64,000 nt of DNA, from the IMG/VR virus record IMGVR_UViG_3300006752_000009, one strand, 5' to 3'. This document shows positions 19,761 to 29,389 of the stretch, piece by piece; the first letter of the stretch is position 1; each line of letters starts with the position of its first letter. The translations under genes and the position numbers were made by a program. Under the pieces are notes generated by a model. The model was not told where the DNA came from, made no database searches, and worked only from the letters and a program-made list of their open reading frames with translations. Origin of the DNA: a virus. Lineage: Duplodnaviria > Caudoviricetes.

Positions 19761-20128
19761 ACTCCTGTGTCTGCTCTGTATTGTTTATACCATACATCCC
19801 TTATGTTCCTTAAAAACTCTTGGAAATAAGGGATGTGGAGATCGGACTCTTGAGCGTTAAGAGATACCCAATCATGTTTTGCTGATTGGCATCTTATTTT
19901 AGTCTTGACAGCTTTAGGGTCTGAGTAATCAACGGTGATCTCGACTCCATGCATGGAGCATGAGATCACTTGAGAGATGTCATCAAAGAGTGGTGGGTCG
20001 GGTGATCCACACTCTTTGCATATTTTCTCTAATACATCCTTAAAGGAAGGGCTTTCCATTTGCCACCAACGATAATATGAGTGTTCACATATAACCCTCT
20101 TCTTGTCCTCTACTGTAGTTATGTTCAT
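19757..20128 (-). CDS. hypothetical protein
   Basis: ORF with purine-rich RBS before the ATG at 20128; start uncertain. Confidence 0.55.
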   Translation of the reverse strand: MNITTVEDKKRVICEHSYYRWWQMESPSFKDVLEKICKECGSPDPPLFDDISQVISCSMHGVEITVDYSDPKAVKTKIRCQSAKHDWVSLNAQESDLHIPYFQEFLRNIRDVWYKQYRADTGV

Positions 20129-20435
20129 TCCACCCCTCTCTATAAGTTTCAATGAATTTGTTTAGAGTATCTTTCATTGAACCCTTATATGACACACGCT
20201 TGTCAAGGACGCTTAGGGTGATGTTTTCGTAGGTGTTGAAAGTTGCAGAGACATGAACCCCATGTAAATTTCCTTTGATGTACCAAGGGTCGTTGCCCCT
20301 TAGAGGTTCGACCCCTTCCGAATCTTCCATCCCTAGCTCGTAAAAGAGCTGTTCTGCATAAGCGTACTTAAAGCAGTCCGAGTCTAGTAAATCGCTATCA
20401 ATAAGTGTTTTTCCATTTTTCTTCGTGGTAATCAT
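20085..20435 (-). CDS. hypothetical protein
   Basis: Start re-assigned to ATG 20435 (AAGGAGG RBS), downstream of a class A motif. Confidence 0.65.
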   Translation of the reverse strand: MITTKKNGKTLIDSDLLDSDCFKYAYAEQLFYELGMEDSEGVEPLRGNDPWYIKGNLHGVHVSATFNTYENITLSVLDKRVSYKGSMKDTLNKFIETYREGWNEHNYSRGQEEGYM

Positions 20436-20456
20436 GTGTACCTCCTTATGATTTAT

Positions 20457-20473
20457 TATAGATAAAGGGTTAC
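20457..20473 (-). promoter_or_regulatory. class A promoter-like motif GTAACCC(C/T)TTATYTATA
   Basis: Reverse complement reads gtaaccctttatctata. Confidence 0.6.
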
Positions 20474-20477
20474 ACAC

Positions 20478-21752
20478 ATGATAGCTCGATATGCTTGTCC
20501 TCAGATTGAAAACATCTTCAGCCCGATCCATCGTTTGAGGGTCTTTGTCGAAATCGAAAGACTTTTTTGTTCAAGTCAAGGGTGTACAGACTCAATTCTT
20601 GAGGACTTCTCGAAGGTAGACCTTGATCTTCTCCTTAAAGATTTGGCTGTTAAAGAAAAAGAGACTAGGCATGAGACTGTTGCCTTCATACAGGCTCTAG
20701 GGCTTCAGATGAGTGAGGGGTCTTTGCCTTATCTTCATAAGGGAGCGACCTCATCTGATATACTAGACACCTGTCTTGCAACACAGATGTCCACAGCTTC
20801 TGATGTTGTTATTCAAAAGATTGGGTCTCTACTTGAAACGCTCAAAAATAAGGCGATTGAGCATAAAGACACACCGATACTAGGTCGCTCTCATGGGATG
20901 TCGGGAGAGATCACGAGTTTTGGGGTTATCCTGCTTGGTTTTTATTCTGAGTGGACTCGAAACTTAGAACGCATGAAGAGAGCCAAAGAAGAAATATCTT
21001 TTGGGAAGTTTTCGGGAGCGATGGGGAACTATGTTCATGTAGACCCAAAAATAGAACACACTATATGTAAGTCTTTAGGGCTTGATTTTGAGCCTGTTTC
21101 GACACAAGTAGTACCAAGAGATAGACACGCATACTTTATGAGCGTGTTAGGCATTTTAGGGGCTTCTATGGAGCGTCTGTCTATAGAGGTGAGAAACTTA
21201 TCTCAATCTCTCATACAAGAAGTGGCAGAAGGGTTCGGTAAAGACCAAACAGGATCATCAGCTATGCCTCATAAAAGAAATCCAATCTTGTCCGAGAACT
21301 TAACAGGATTAGCTCGTATGATCCGATCTTATGTTCAGCCTAGCCTTGAGAATGTGTCTCTTTGGTATGAGCGAGACATGAGTCATTCGTCAGTAGAGCG
21401 TATCGCCATAGAGGACTCACTGCATCTTGTTTGCTTCGGCTTGAGCAGACTTAATGGGGTTATCGAGAACCTTTATGTAGATACAGACCGAATGGCTCAT
21501 AACATAGACCAAGTTAAAGGGTCTTATTTGAGTCAGACTTGCCTACTGTTCCTCATGGAAAAAGGGTACGCTAGAAATGATGCGTATAAAGTAGTCCAAG
21601 AGATGACATTGTATGGGAAGAAAGACCTCTTTGATGTTTTACAAGGGATCAAAGAGGCAGGTCATTTGACGCAAGAGGAGTTGGATCAAATCACTTCGAG
21701 AGATCGCTTTTTAGCTAGGACTAGTTTGATCTTTTCTAGGTTCGGTCTTTGA
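20478..21752 (+). CDS. purB: adenylosuccinate lyase
   Basis: Fumarate-lyase family signature GSSAMPHKRNP, plus RHET, H.GATSSDILDT, GRSHG and ERDMSHSSVER motifs. Confidence 0.93.
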   Translation: MIARYACPQIENIFSPIHRLRVFVEIERLFCSSQGCTDSILEDFSKVDLDLLLKDLAVKEKETRHETVAFIQALGLQMSEGSLPYLHKGATSSDILDTCLATQMSTASDVVIQKIGSLLETLKNKAIEHKDTPILGRSHGMSGEITSFGVILLGFYSEWTRNLERMKRAKEEISFGKFSGAMGNYVHVDPKIEHTICKSLGLDFEPVSTQVVPRDRHAYFMSVLGILGASMERLSIEVRNLSQSLIQEVAEGFGKDQTGSSAMPHKRNPILSENLTGLARMIRSYVQPSLENVSLWYERDMSHSSVERIAIEDSLHLVCFGLSRLNGVIENLYVDTDRMAHNIDQVKGSYLSQTCLLFLMEKGYARNDAYKVVQEMTLYGKKDLFDVLQGIKEAGHLTQEELDQITSRDRFLARTSLIFSRFGL

Positions 21753-21909
21753 CTCCTCTTCTTTTTTTGGCACCTCTTCTTTTTTAGGTTTGTTCATGTG
21801 CTTAATAACTTCAAGACACCACATAACGACCTCTTTTCTTCAGATTGGTTCTCTGTCTTTAAATACAGATTATAAATGAGTTATAGATTATAAAAGACTT
21901 ATAAGGATC

Positions 21910-24414
21910 TTACTTTAAGAATCCGAATGAATAGACACCATGCTCAAGGCTAATAGCAAGTTGTTGATGTTTTACTCTTAAGGACTCCCACTTTGCTTTA
22001 AGTGTTGGGTCAGTGTACCACATCTTTTTGTGTTGATAGACACTCGCATCCCAAGCGTTGAGATGGAGATAAATCTCCTTACCTTTCTCAATGACTTTTG
22101 ATGTCTTAGACCTTAACTCAAAGCTCTCAACAAAAAGATCGTTTAGATCGCTCATGATCTCTTGAGCAAGAGGTGAAAGGTTAAGTGAGGGTAAGACATG
22201 GGAAAAGTAAGGGTCGCCATTTTTTGCCCATTCTGATGCGTCTACGAGATCTCCCTCATGGTGGTAGGGGATCGGATTACTCTTAGCATCTCGATAGAGG
22301 CTTCTAGCACTCTTATGCGAACCATAAAGATCAAGAGCTTCTTTACGAGTCAGCCAGAAGAAGTGATTGTGAATGTTATGGTTCTTACCTTTGTATTCAA
22401 CACCCCTCATAGCAGTCATGTTATTCTTATTATCAAGGAGGGCGTAAATGTGGCAATCATCAACCCATTGTCTATAACCTTCTTTCTCAGTCTGAGGAAC
22501 TAGATACTCATCATTATGGGTGATCCATGTGTCTTTACTTAATTTACGAGCAGAGTAAAGAGATATAGATCTTCTCCACCCCTCTCCTACTAAGACTGAA
22601 ATGCCATGAGCATTAGAGAATGTAGTTGAAAAAAGTCCTGTCATTTGACTAGAGTTTTGAAGACTATTACCTCCACTAAGCATATAGCAGATACCCTCTT
22701 TGGCTCTATTACCACATCCTTTTTGTGCTATGGATAGTCCAGACTTCATCTGTGGCAGATCAAAGTTCTTCAACCCCTTAACTGGTTCTCGTACCCATTC
22801 AGAAGCCTTTCTTTTATCTGATGAATACAGGTATTTCTCCCCAAGAGAAACAACTGTCTCCCCTACAGTATCTTTCAGAGTGAATTGTAGGCTTTGATTA
22901 GATTCCGTAGTACCCTCATTCCAAAGAGTAAAACTAATAGCCCAAGACCCCTTAACATCTGCAAAATGAGATGCTTGTAGCATAAATCCTCTAGCATAAG
23001 AATAACGAGCATACCAAAAAGGGCGAAACTTAGCGTAAGAACCACTCACCATATAAAGAATGGGTGAGAACACACCCACGCTCTTTTGCTTGAAATCGTA
23101 CTCCGAAGCTACCTGCTCACATTGATAGAGAAACTGAGCATACAATTGTTGAGAACAAGCCCCTAACTTAGAACCTTTCATTGCTTGATTTACAGTCGTT
23201 CTCGCTACTCCCTTTCGGGAACTCGATCCTTTTATACAAGATGTAGCATAAGGAGGGTTGACAAGAAAAACTAATCGCTTCCCACTCTCTGCACCCTCTT
23301 TTAAGAGTTTCTTAACTGAAAGTGGAAGCACATTGTCTGTGCCTTCAAAGAATGGACTATCCGATTCGGGATTCAGAAAGTCATACTGAAAGACCTCTGC
23401 TCCATTATTGTAATCTTCTCTTTTCATTGCCTTTACATCTGATTCTTCAGCAGTGGATAAGATCAGATCCTTAAAGTCATAGTCTCTAGTTAAGTTACCT
23501 GTACCTGCACAACAATCCCATACGATACAGTCATCTCTCCAGTTTGATCCTAGAGCCTCTTCGATAGATTTATGAGCTTCATCTACCCATAAAGTAGGTG
23601 TATAGAACGCACCTTGCCTCCTGCGTGTGTCATCTTCAATAATGCGATCTCTCATTGATAATAACTTATCAATGTCTTTTGCAGATAAACCACGCTCTCT
23701 ACGCTCAAAGAATGCCCTCATAGAAGAAAGTTTTAAGGTGTACTCTTTACCTCCCAAGATGATGGTGTCTTTCTTTGAAGGATGTTCATAAGCATAGTTG
23801 CCATCTTCCTCAGAGTAAAACACACACCCAAAGAAAAGGTCTATCATCTCTACAGGCTGATAACGATCTTTAGGGAAGATATGATCAACCCAATACTGAT
23901 ACATCGCACTGATGTTCTTCTCCGAAGGCTTTACCTTAATAATAGCCCCCTCAGATAGTTGCTCACAAAGTTGTTTGAGCTTCTTCCCATCTACTTCAAA
24001 AACAGACTCAAGATGCACATCAACAGATACCTTTAGATCGGGATCGGGTGAACTAGGCCGCCTCCCCCAATCTATGTTAGCGTCTAAGAAACTTTTGATA
24101 GACTCAAAACTCACCACAAAGCAAAACTTTTCATCTCCAATGAAAATGACGCTAGGTAGATCATGCCCATTTTCTTCAAACCTCTTGCAGTAATAGAGAG
24201 CTTGAGCAAGAACACTTGATCGAGCAGTTTCAATCGTTAAGTCTGTGCCATACTTAGCCTCAAGTAAAACCCTTACAGGTGTCTTACTTGGTGTTTCCCA
24301 ATCTAAAACACCATCCGTAGCCCAATTTTGACCAGAGATTGTTGTGAAGCTATCTCCGACCTCTTTTTCAAGAATGCCTCTTAGGAACGCATTTACATCT
24401 TGTTCTTTTCTCAT
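21910..24414 (-). CDS. Type IIG-like restriction-modification fusion (PD-(D/E)xK nuclease + N6-adenine MTase + TRD)
   Basis: N-terminal TDGV...LLEAK nuclease motif; GAFYTP, VWDCCAGTGNL (motif I), NPPY (motif IV); long C-terminal specificity region. Confidence 0.75.
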   Translation of the reverse strand: MRKEQDVNAFLRGILEKEVGDSFTTISGQNWATDGVLDWETPSKTPVRVLLEAKYGTDLTIETARSSVLAQALYYCKRFEENGHDLPSVIFIGDEKFCFVVSFESIKSFLDANIDWGRRPSSPDPDLKVSVDVHLESVFEVDGKKLKQLCEQLSEGAIIKVKPSEKNISAMYQYWVDHIFPKDRYQPVEMIDLFFGCVFYSEEDGNYAYEHPSKKDTIILGGKEYTLKLSSMRAFFERRERGLSAKDIDKLLSMRDRIIEDDTRRRQGAFYTPTLWVDEAHKSIEEALGSNWRDDCIVWDCCAGTGNLTRDYDFKDLILSTAEESDVKAMKREDYNNGAEVFQYDFLNPESDSPFFEGTDNVLPLSVKKLLKEGAESGKRLVFLVNPPYATSCIKGSSSRKGVARTTVNQAMKGSKLGACSQQLYAQFLYQCEQVASEYDFKQKSVGVFSPILYMVSGSYAKFRPFWYARYSYARGFMLQASHFADVKGSWAISFTLWNEGTTESNQSLQFTLKDTVGETVVSLGEKYLYSSDKRKASEWVREPVKGLKNFDLPQMKSGLSIAQKGCGNRAKEGICYMLSGGNSLQNSSQMTGLFSTTFSNAHGISVLVGEGWRRSISLYSARKLSKDTWITHNDEYLVPQTEKEGYRQWVDDCHIYALLDNKNNMTAMRGVEYKGKNHNIHNHFFWLTRKEALDLYGSHKSARSLYRDAKSNPIPYHHEGDLVDASEWAKNGDPYFSHVLPSLNLSPLAQEIMSDLNDLFVESFELRSKTSKVIEKGKEIYLHLNAWDASVYQHKKMWYTDPTLKAKWESLRVKHQQLAISLEHGVYSFGFLK

Positions 24415-24433
24415 CTTGCTTTTCCTTATATCT

Positions 24434-24468
24434 CGTAATCATACCCTGTCGGTCTTTATATGATTACG
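24434..24468. repeat. 10-bp inverted repeat upstream of the R-M gene
   Basis: CGTAATCATA (24434-24443) / TATGATTACG (24459-24468); contains a class C motif on the minus strand. Confidence 0.6.
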
Positions 24469-25804
24469 AAAGGAAACTCTGCACACCCTCAATCACAGAC
24501 TCCTCGTCTGAACGAATCTCCCCCTCCCAAATCACAAGGCAATCAAGCCCGACCTCTGCATAAGCCTCTATCGTATTACGCTCATGCTCCTCTTTACTCA
24601 TCCCCGTCTTAGACTCACCATGCCAATAATCGCCAAAACACTCCACCACCTTTGTAGCACCCCTATAAGGATGTTCGGGATCATCACTCACACAAACTAC
24701 AAAGTCTGGGTTCTTATAGCCACCAATCGAACCGTCAAAGTTCTTCTTGCTTGGAAGAAATCTCCAATATGCCCCATTACCTGTAAAAGTGAGTTTGTCG
24801 GTATATGTGGCTACCCTTGACTCAAATCCGTTCATGTCATTTGCAACTAGACCCAAGAAAGGTGTGCCATACCTTTCCATGTTGGTTGCGTACTGCTTCT
24901 CTCTAAACTCTTGGAGTTGTAGTGGATGTTCGACACCATAACGCTCAAGGTTGGTTTTCTTGACTTTATCCCAATGATCATCAATAGCACCAGAAAACTC
25001 AACACCATATCTGTCCATCATCGTATCCCTAATCTCCCTCTTGCCTTGCTCGGACGCAAAATAGTGGCTTCCATAGTTCTCGATCATCGTCTTGAGTTGC
25101 TTCTGCCTAAACTCCTCTACAGCACTTGTGTAAGGCACACCATATCTCTCCATGTTAGTCGCTACAATCTTCTCCATTATTTCTTCACTCATACTAGGAA
25201 TAGGCACACCATAACGCTCTATATTTGTTGCCTCAATCTTAGCCCTAATCTCTGGTGATCCCAATAGCGTTCCACCATACCTCTCAAGATTAGTAGCCTC
25301 TGTCTTAGCCTTGACCTCATCATTCTGTTGAGGGTTGACCACACCATATATCTCAAGGTTCGTCTGCTTGATCTTATCCTGTACGCTCTCCCAAGCAAAA
25401 GGATTATCCTTACCCTTTAATATAGGACGCTTACCCTCAAGGGCATCTTGTACCTTTTCAAAGACACTACTCTCTTTTGAAAAAGGGTTTTCAGCACCAT
25501 AACGCTTGAGGTTAGTCTGTTTACGCTTCTCTACCGACTCTTTGTTGTGAGCAGGGTTCTCAACCCCATAACGCTTGAGGTAAGTATTCTTCCTCCTCGC
25601 ATTAGCGATAGCTTTTTTATCCCGACCTTGCCATACCTCACACCCACTCTTATGTCTTTTCATCTGTGTGCTTGATGTAGCTTGATGTCCACAGATACAT
25701 GGTGAGATTGGTTCGGGTTTCCAATCTGGCCAACAAACCTTGCGATGCCGACCACTAATTGTTGCTGTTTTGAACACTCTTTTACAATGAGGGCAAGTAG
25801 CCAT
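24464..25804 (-). CDS. putative free-standing homing endonuclease: Zn finger + ~10 TN(L/M)ERYG repeats (DUF7487-type) + Vsr-like nuclease
   Basis: CPHC..H..C N-terminus; ten K.TN.E.YG. repeats; C-terminal KNPDFV...VECFGDYWHG...LVIWEGE very-short-patch-like nuclease motif. Confidence 0.7.
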   Translation of the reverse strand: MATCPHCKRVFKTATISGRHRKVCWPDWKPEPISPCICGHQATSSTQMKRHKSGCEVWQGRDKKAIANARRKNTYLKRYGVENPAHNKESVEKRKQTNLKRYGAENPFSKESSVFEKVQDALEGKRPILKGKDNPFAWESVQDKIKQTNLEIYGVVNPQQNDEVKAKTEATNLERYGGTLLGSPEIRAKIEATNIERYGVPIPSMSEEIMEKIVATNMERYGVPYTSAVEEFRQKQLKTMIENYGSHYFASEQGKREIRDTMMDRYGVEFSGAIDDHWDKVKKTNLERYGVEHPLQLQEFREKQYATNMERYGTPFLGLVANDMNGFESRVATYTDKLTFTGNGAYWRFLPSKKNFDGSIGGYKNPDFVVCVSDDPEHPYRGATKVVECFGDYWHGESKTGMSKEEHERNTIEAYAEVGLDCLVIWEGEIRSDEESVIEGVQSFLS

Positions 25805-25934
25805 AAGTTAATCCTTTCTGCTTGAGTTGGGATTAACTTACACCACAGCCTACATTAAGTCCAAATGTTTTTTGGGCTTTTACTAACACCAACCCCCCAT
25901 ACTTTCGCTGTTTGAGGGAGGTATTTGAGGGTTC

Positions 25935-26900
25935 TCAGATGACCCCTTGAGCCACATTCAAAAAGCTCGAAATCATCTCGTAACTACCTATAAATAAAGG
26001 CAAAACCAGAAAGTTTCTGGGTGCGAGAACGCCCCGACCAACATGAGGTCCGAAGGCACTCCTTATCCCCACACCATACTTGGGTTGTTTTAATCCACGC
26101 ATATACTTTGTAGTTCTTGCTTTAGCTTCAACAGACATCGACCACATCTGCTCGGCAGAGGATTTGAGTCCTTCATACTTGCCTGACCTGTCAATGTTAA
26201 GAGAAATACCTCCAATGGAGTAATCGAACTCATCAACAATCCAATTTGCTTGTAGAGCCATAGCCGCAAACTGTATTGCACCTTGAAGAATAGGAGTTCT
26301 CCAAGCAGGTTTCTGATTTACGAGTGAATCTAGGTTTTGTAGTTCTTCGGTTTCGGGTGGTTGCATATTCCACCAATCTAAAGCTCTTTCAAGATACTCT
26401 AGGAACTCCTCGTCCTCCCACACTTGACCGAAGACTCTGTTGTACGAACCAATGTTAGCTTCATGCTCTGGTGGTCTAAAGTGATAATACTTGTCTGGAT
26501 TTTGATCTCTAAGGAGCATACGCAACTTGTAGATCATAGACTTCTGACCCTCTGTAAGTTGTAGTCCAAGTACAGCGTTCTCTGCGACTACCCCAAACTC
26601 TTGAACGACAGTTTGGGGTTGGCTGTTGACTAGCTCTTTGAGAGTCCATCTGATCCGATAGCGACCATAGGTAGCTGTGGTAGGTATACGAACAGAGGCA
26701 TAGTATTCACCGACCGATGGGTTTTCGGGTATGCGAGCAGGATCACCGATGAGTACATCAGTTTCGGGTGGACCAGGATCGACATAATATAGTGCGTAAG
26801 TGATCTCAGCGGCGTTTGCGACATTTCCATTTGAGTTTGTGAGGAAGATGTCAAGATCGCCACGAGAGAGGATCTGATTTCTTTTAAATGCTACAGCCAT
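25935..26900 (-). CDS. virion structural protein, probable neck/head-tail connector
   Basis: 321 aa, GGAGG RBS, class B motif upstream. C-terminal FDYSIGGISLNIDRSGKY pattern typical of head-completion proteins; N-terminal Ig-like segment. Confidence 0.5.
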   Translation of the reverse strand: MAVAFKRNQILSRGDLDIFLTNSNGNVANAAEITYALYYVDPGPPETDVLIGDPARIPENPSVGEYYASVRIPTTATYGRYRIRWTLKELVNSQPQTVVQEFGVVAENAVLGLQLTEGQKSMIYKLRMLLRDQNPDKYYHFRPPEHEANIGSYNRVFGQVWEDEEFLEYLERALDWWNMQPPETEELQNLDSLVNQKPAWRTPILQGAIQFAAMALQANWIVDEFDYSIGGISLNIDRSGKYEGLKSSAEQMWSMSVEAKARTTKYMRGLKQPKYGVGIRSAFGPHVGRGVLAPRNFLVLPLFIGSYEMISSFLNVAQGVI

Positions 26901-26930
26901 AGTGTGAGCCTCCTTTATATAGAGTGGGGA

Positions 26931-26957
26931 TATAAACGACTTAATACTTTTTTTATA
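26931..26957. promoter_or_regulatory. back-to-back divergent class B-like motifs
   Basis: Minus strand taagtcgtttata (26931-26943) toward 26900; plus strand tactttttttata (26945-26957) toward 26988. Confidence 0.5.
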
Positions 26958-26987
26958 CTCATGTAGGTAAACGAAGGAGAATGACTT

Positions 26988-28367
26988 ATGAAAATACTTG
27001 TAGGAGGAGATGTCAGCTTTGGGAGAATCTATGAAGGTCAGAGGATTTCTTATTCAGCACCTTTGTGTTTAGCTTCCATAGGTGAGTTAGAGCGAGATTA
27101 TTGTATCTTTAACCTTGAGAGCCTTTTTTGCGATGATTGGAAAGCAAATAAAAGGGATGTGGATGATAAGTGGGGTACGAGTTACACTCATGCTAATCCA
27201 GAAGATGTGAAGCATCTCATTGAGTGTGATGTAGATCATGTTTCCCTAGCTAACAACCACACACTTGATTGGGGCGATGTAGGGGTCGAACAGACCTGTA
27301 AAGTCCTCAACGAGTTTGGTATTTCACATTCGGGGTGTGGTTCTGATGATAGGACGCATATAGATAAAGAGAAGAAATTAATTGTATTTTCGATAGATAC
27401 GGTTGAGTGCCACTACAAAAAAGAAGATCCATTAAACTGCAAAGAGGACATTAAAGACTTCTTTAAAGAGGTTAAAGAGTTTAGAGCAAAGTATGATGAC
27501 TACCTTCTGATCTGTTGTGTTCATTGGGGTCGATTTAGGGTGAGTCCGAACAAAGGTCAGAAATCTATGGGTCGGAAGCTCATCGACTGTGGCATTGATG
27601 TTGTTTTAGGTAATCACTCACATAAGGTTCAATACTTCGAGATGTATAAGGGTAGACCTTTATTTTACTCGTTAGGGAACTTGTACTTTACTCACAGAAA
27701 TCCCGAATATAATAAACTCCCAAATGTTCATTACGCTTACCTTTCAACTCTTATCTTTGAGGGGCGAGACTTTAAGGGTGTAGATCACCATCAAACTTGG
27801 TGTGATGATAAAAAGGTGATTCTTAAAGATGAGAAGGCTTCTCATCTTGGTTTAGAAGCGTTGAGATTTGCTCGGAGCTATATTGGATTCGGTGAGTCAG
27901 AGCATACAACTAATGTTGGTTGGTTTATGAAGCACATAGACGCTCCCAATGTAGAGACAGCGGCCTGGTGTGCAAGGTTTGTATTTTTCTGTATCAAGAA
28001 AGCCTGTGAGGAGAATGGCATTGATCCTGTTTTGAAGAAGAATGAAGGAACAGGATACGCTAAAGAGATTTATAAGCAGATTGCAGAGATCGGGTATGTG
28101 TCTTTAAACCCGATGGCAGGAGACATTATTGTTTGGGATAGGAAAGAGGAAGGAAACAAGAATGGACACATTGGGATAATAGAGTATGTAGAGGGAGATA
28201 AGATCACAGTGATTGAAGGAAATAGAGCACCAAATCCTGGTTCAAAGGTTGATCGCTTTACTTACTCTTTGAATGATCTTTTAAACTACAAAAATTGGGA
28301 CACAAGCGATCCACACTTCCATCTCTTTGAAGGGTTTGCTCGGTTGCCTCATATAAAGGGTTTCTAG
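26988..28367 (+). CDS. CapA/PGA_cap-family metallophosphoesterase fused to C-terminal CHAP domain
   Basis: CapA motifs GDVSFGR, NLES, LANNHTLDWG, HWG, GNHSH, YSLGN; CHAP motifs AWCARFV, GDIIVW, GHIGIIE, VIEGN. Confidence 0.8.
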   Translation: MKILVGGDVSFGRIYEGQRISYSAPLCLASIGELERDYCIFNLESLFCDDWKANKRDVDDKWGTSYTHANPEDVKHLIECDVDHVSLANNHTLDWGDVGVEQTCKVLNEFGISHSGCGSDDRTHIDKEKKLIVFSIDTVECHYKKEDPLNCKEDIKDFFKEVKEFRAKYDDYLLICCVHWGRFRVSPNKGQKSMGRKLIDCGIDVVLGNHSHKVQYFEMYKGRPLFYSLGNLYFTHRNPEYNKLPNVHYAYLSTLIFEGRDFKGVDHHQTWCDDKKVILKDEKASHLGLEALRFARSYIGFGESEHTTNVGWFMKHIDAPNVETAAWCARFVFFCIKKACEENGIDPVLKKNEGTGYAKEIYKQIAEIGYVSLNPMAGDIIVWDRKEEGNKNGHIGIIEYVEGDKITVIEGNRAPNPGSKVDRFTYSLNDLLNYKNWDTSDPHFHLFEGFARLPHIKGF

Positions 28368-28476
28368 TATGTGGCTTTTGCCCTTAATAATAGCTTTGAC
28401 CTTTTTCTTACCTGTTCCTGTGGAAGATCCAGACGATAAAAGGGAGCGTTGGTATAACAAGTATTAAGGAGTTTAT

Positions 28477-28704
28477 ATGAGTAAAAAGCAAAAGTTTGAG
28501 AAAGTAGACCACCCCGACCATTATCAAGCAACGGGGATGGAAGCGATTGATGTGATCGAGGCTTATAACCTCAACTTTTCGCTCGGATCAGCGATTAAGT
28601 ATATTTTACGAGCAGGTAAAAAGCCTGGTGAGAGTTCTATTGAGGATCTCAATAAAGCGATTTGGTATCTTCAACGAGAGGTAGAGAGAAACGCAGAGGG
28701 ATGA
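28477..28704 (+). CDS. DUF3310 family protein (T7 gp1.7-like nucleotide kinase family)
   Basis: VDHPDHY...EAIDVIE...F.LGSAIKYILRAGKK...EDLNKAIWYL. Confidence 0.85.
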   Translation: MSKKQKFEKVDHPDHYQATGMEAIDVIEAYNLNFSLGSAIKYILRAGKKPGESSIEDLNKAIWYLQREVERNAEG

Positions 28705-28753
28705 TTTCATATAAGGGGTTATTATCTGACCTCTTTTTATGAAAGGACTGCTC

Positions 28754-29206
28754 ATGTCTAATATGGAGACATCTCGTGAAGCACTTGAGTCTATTGAGCC
28801 TCAAATCACAAACATAACAGATCGGGTCTACCGACACATACTCTCTAAAGGCGAACAAGGTATTACAGACGATGAAGGATTTAGATCTTTGGGTATGAAT
28901 CCAAACACATATCGCCCTTGTCGTATCAACCTTATGGATAAGGGTCTTGTCCTTAATACCAATACAAAGGGCATTACCGATTCTGGTCGTAAAGCATGGA
29001 GATGGAGGGCTGTTCCTGCATCAGAAGCTATTCCACCAAAGCGTGTTAAGAAGAGGCAAAGAAAGACGCTACCCTCAGTTGATCCTATACCTTTACCCGA
29101 AGGATATAACATCAGTCTTAGAGATGCGAGGGATCGTATGTTAGCTAAATTAAATGAGGTAGATGAGTGTCGTTGTCCATGTTGTGGAGTGAGCGTCACC
29201 AAATAA
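28754..29206 (+). CDS. winged-helix DNA-binding protein with C-terminal CPCC motif
   Basis: RVYRHIL...GITDDE...MNPNTYRPCRINLMDKGLV...T.SGRKA..W pattern; start re-assigned after AAAGGA. Confidence 0.55.
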   Translation: MSNMETSREALESIEPQITNITDRVYRHILSKGEQGITDDEGFRSLGMNPNTYRPCRINLMDKGLVLNTNTKGITDSGRKAWRWRAVPASEAIPPKRVKKRQRKTLPSVDPIPLPEGYNISLRDARDRMLAKLNEVDECRCPCCGVSVTK

Positions 29207-29215
29207 GGATCACAA

Positions 29216-29389
29216 ATGAACCATAAGCTCTATTGTTCTTTAGTTAGCCTCGCCTGTTTTTTCTACGCTAGGTATCTGAACTCTTTACCTAAAAAAGATC
29301 TCACAGAAGATGAGCTTAGGGGTAGGGTGAATGACATTACATTCTATTCCCTGTTTGGGGTCACTGCTTTGTTAATGAGCTACTTTTAA
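29216..29389 (+). CDS. small membrane protein (57 aa)
   Basis: Read by eye: MNHKLYCSLVSLACFFYARYLNSLPKKDLTEDELRGRVNDITFYSLFGVTALLMSYF*; AAGGA RBS. Confidence 0.55.
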   Translation: MNHKLYCSLVSLACFFYARYLNSLPKKDLTEDELRGRVNDITFYSLFGVTALLMSYF

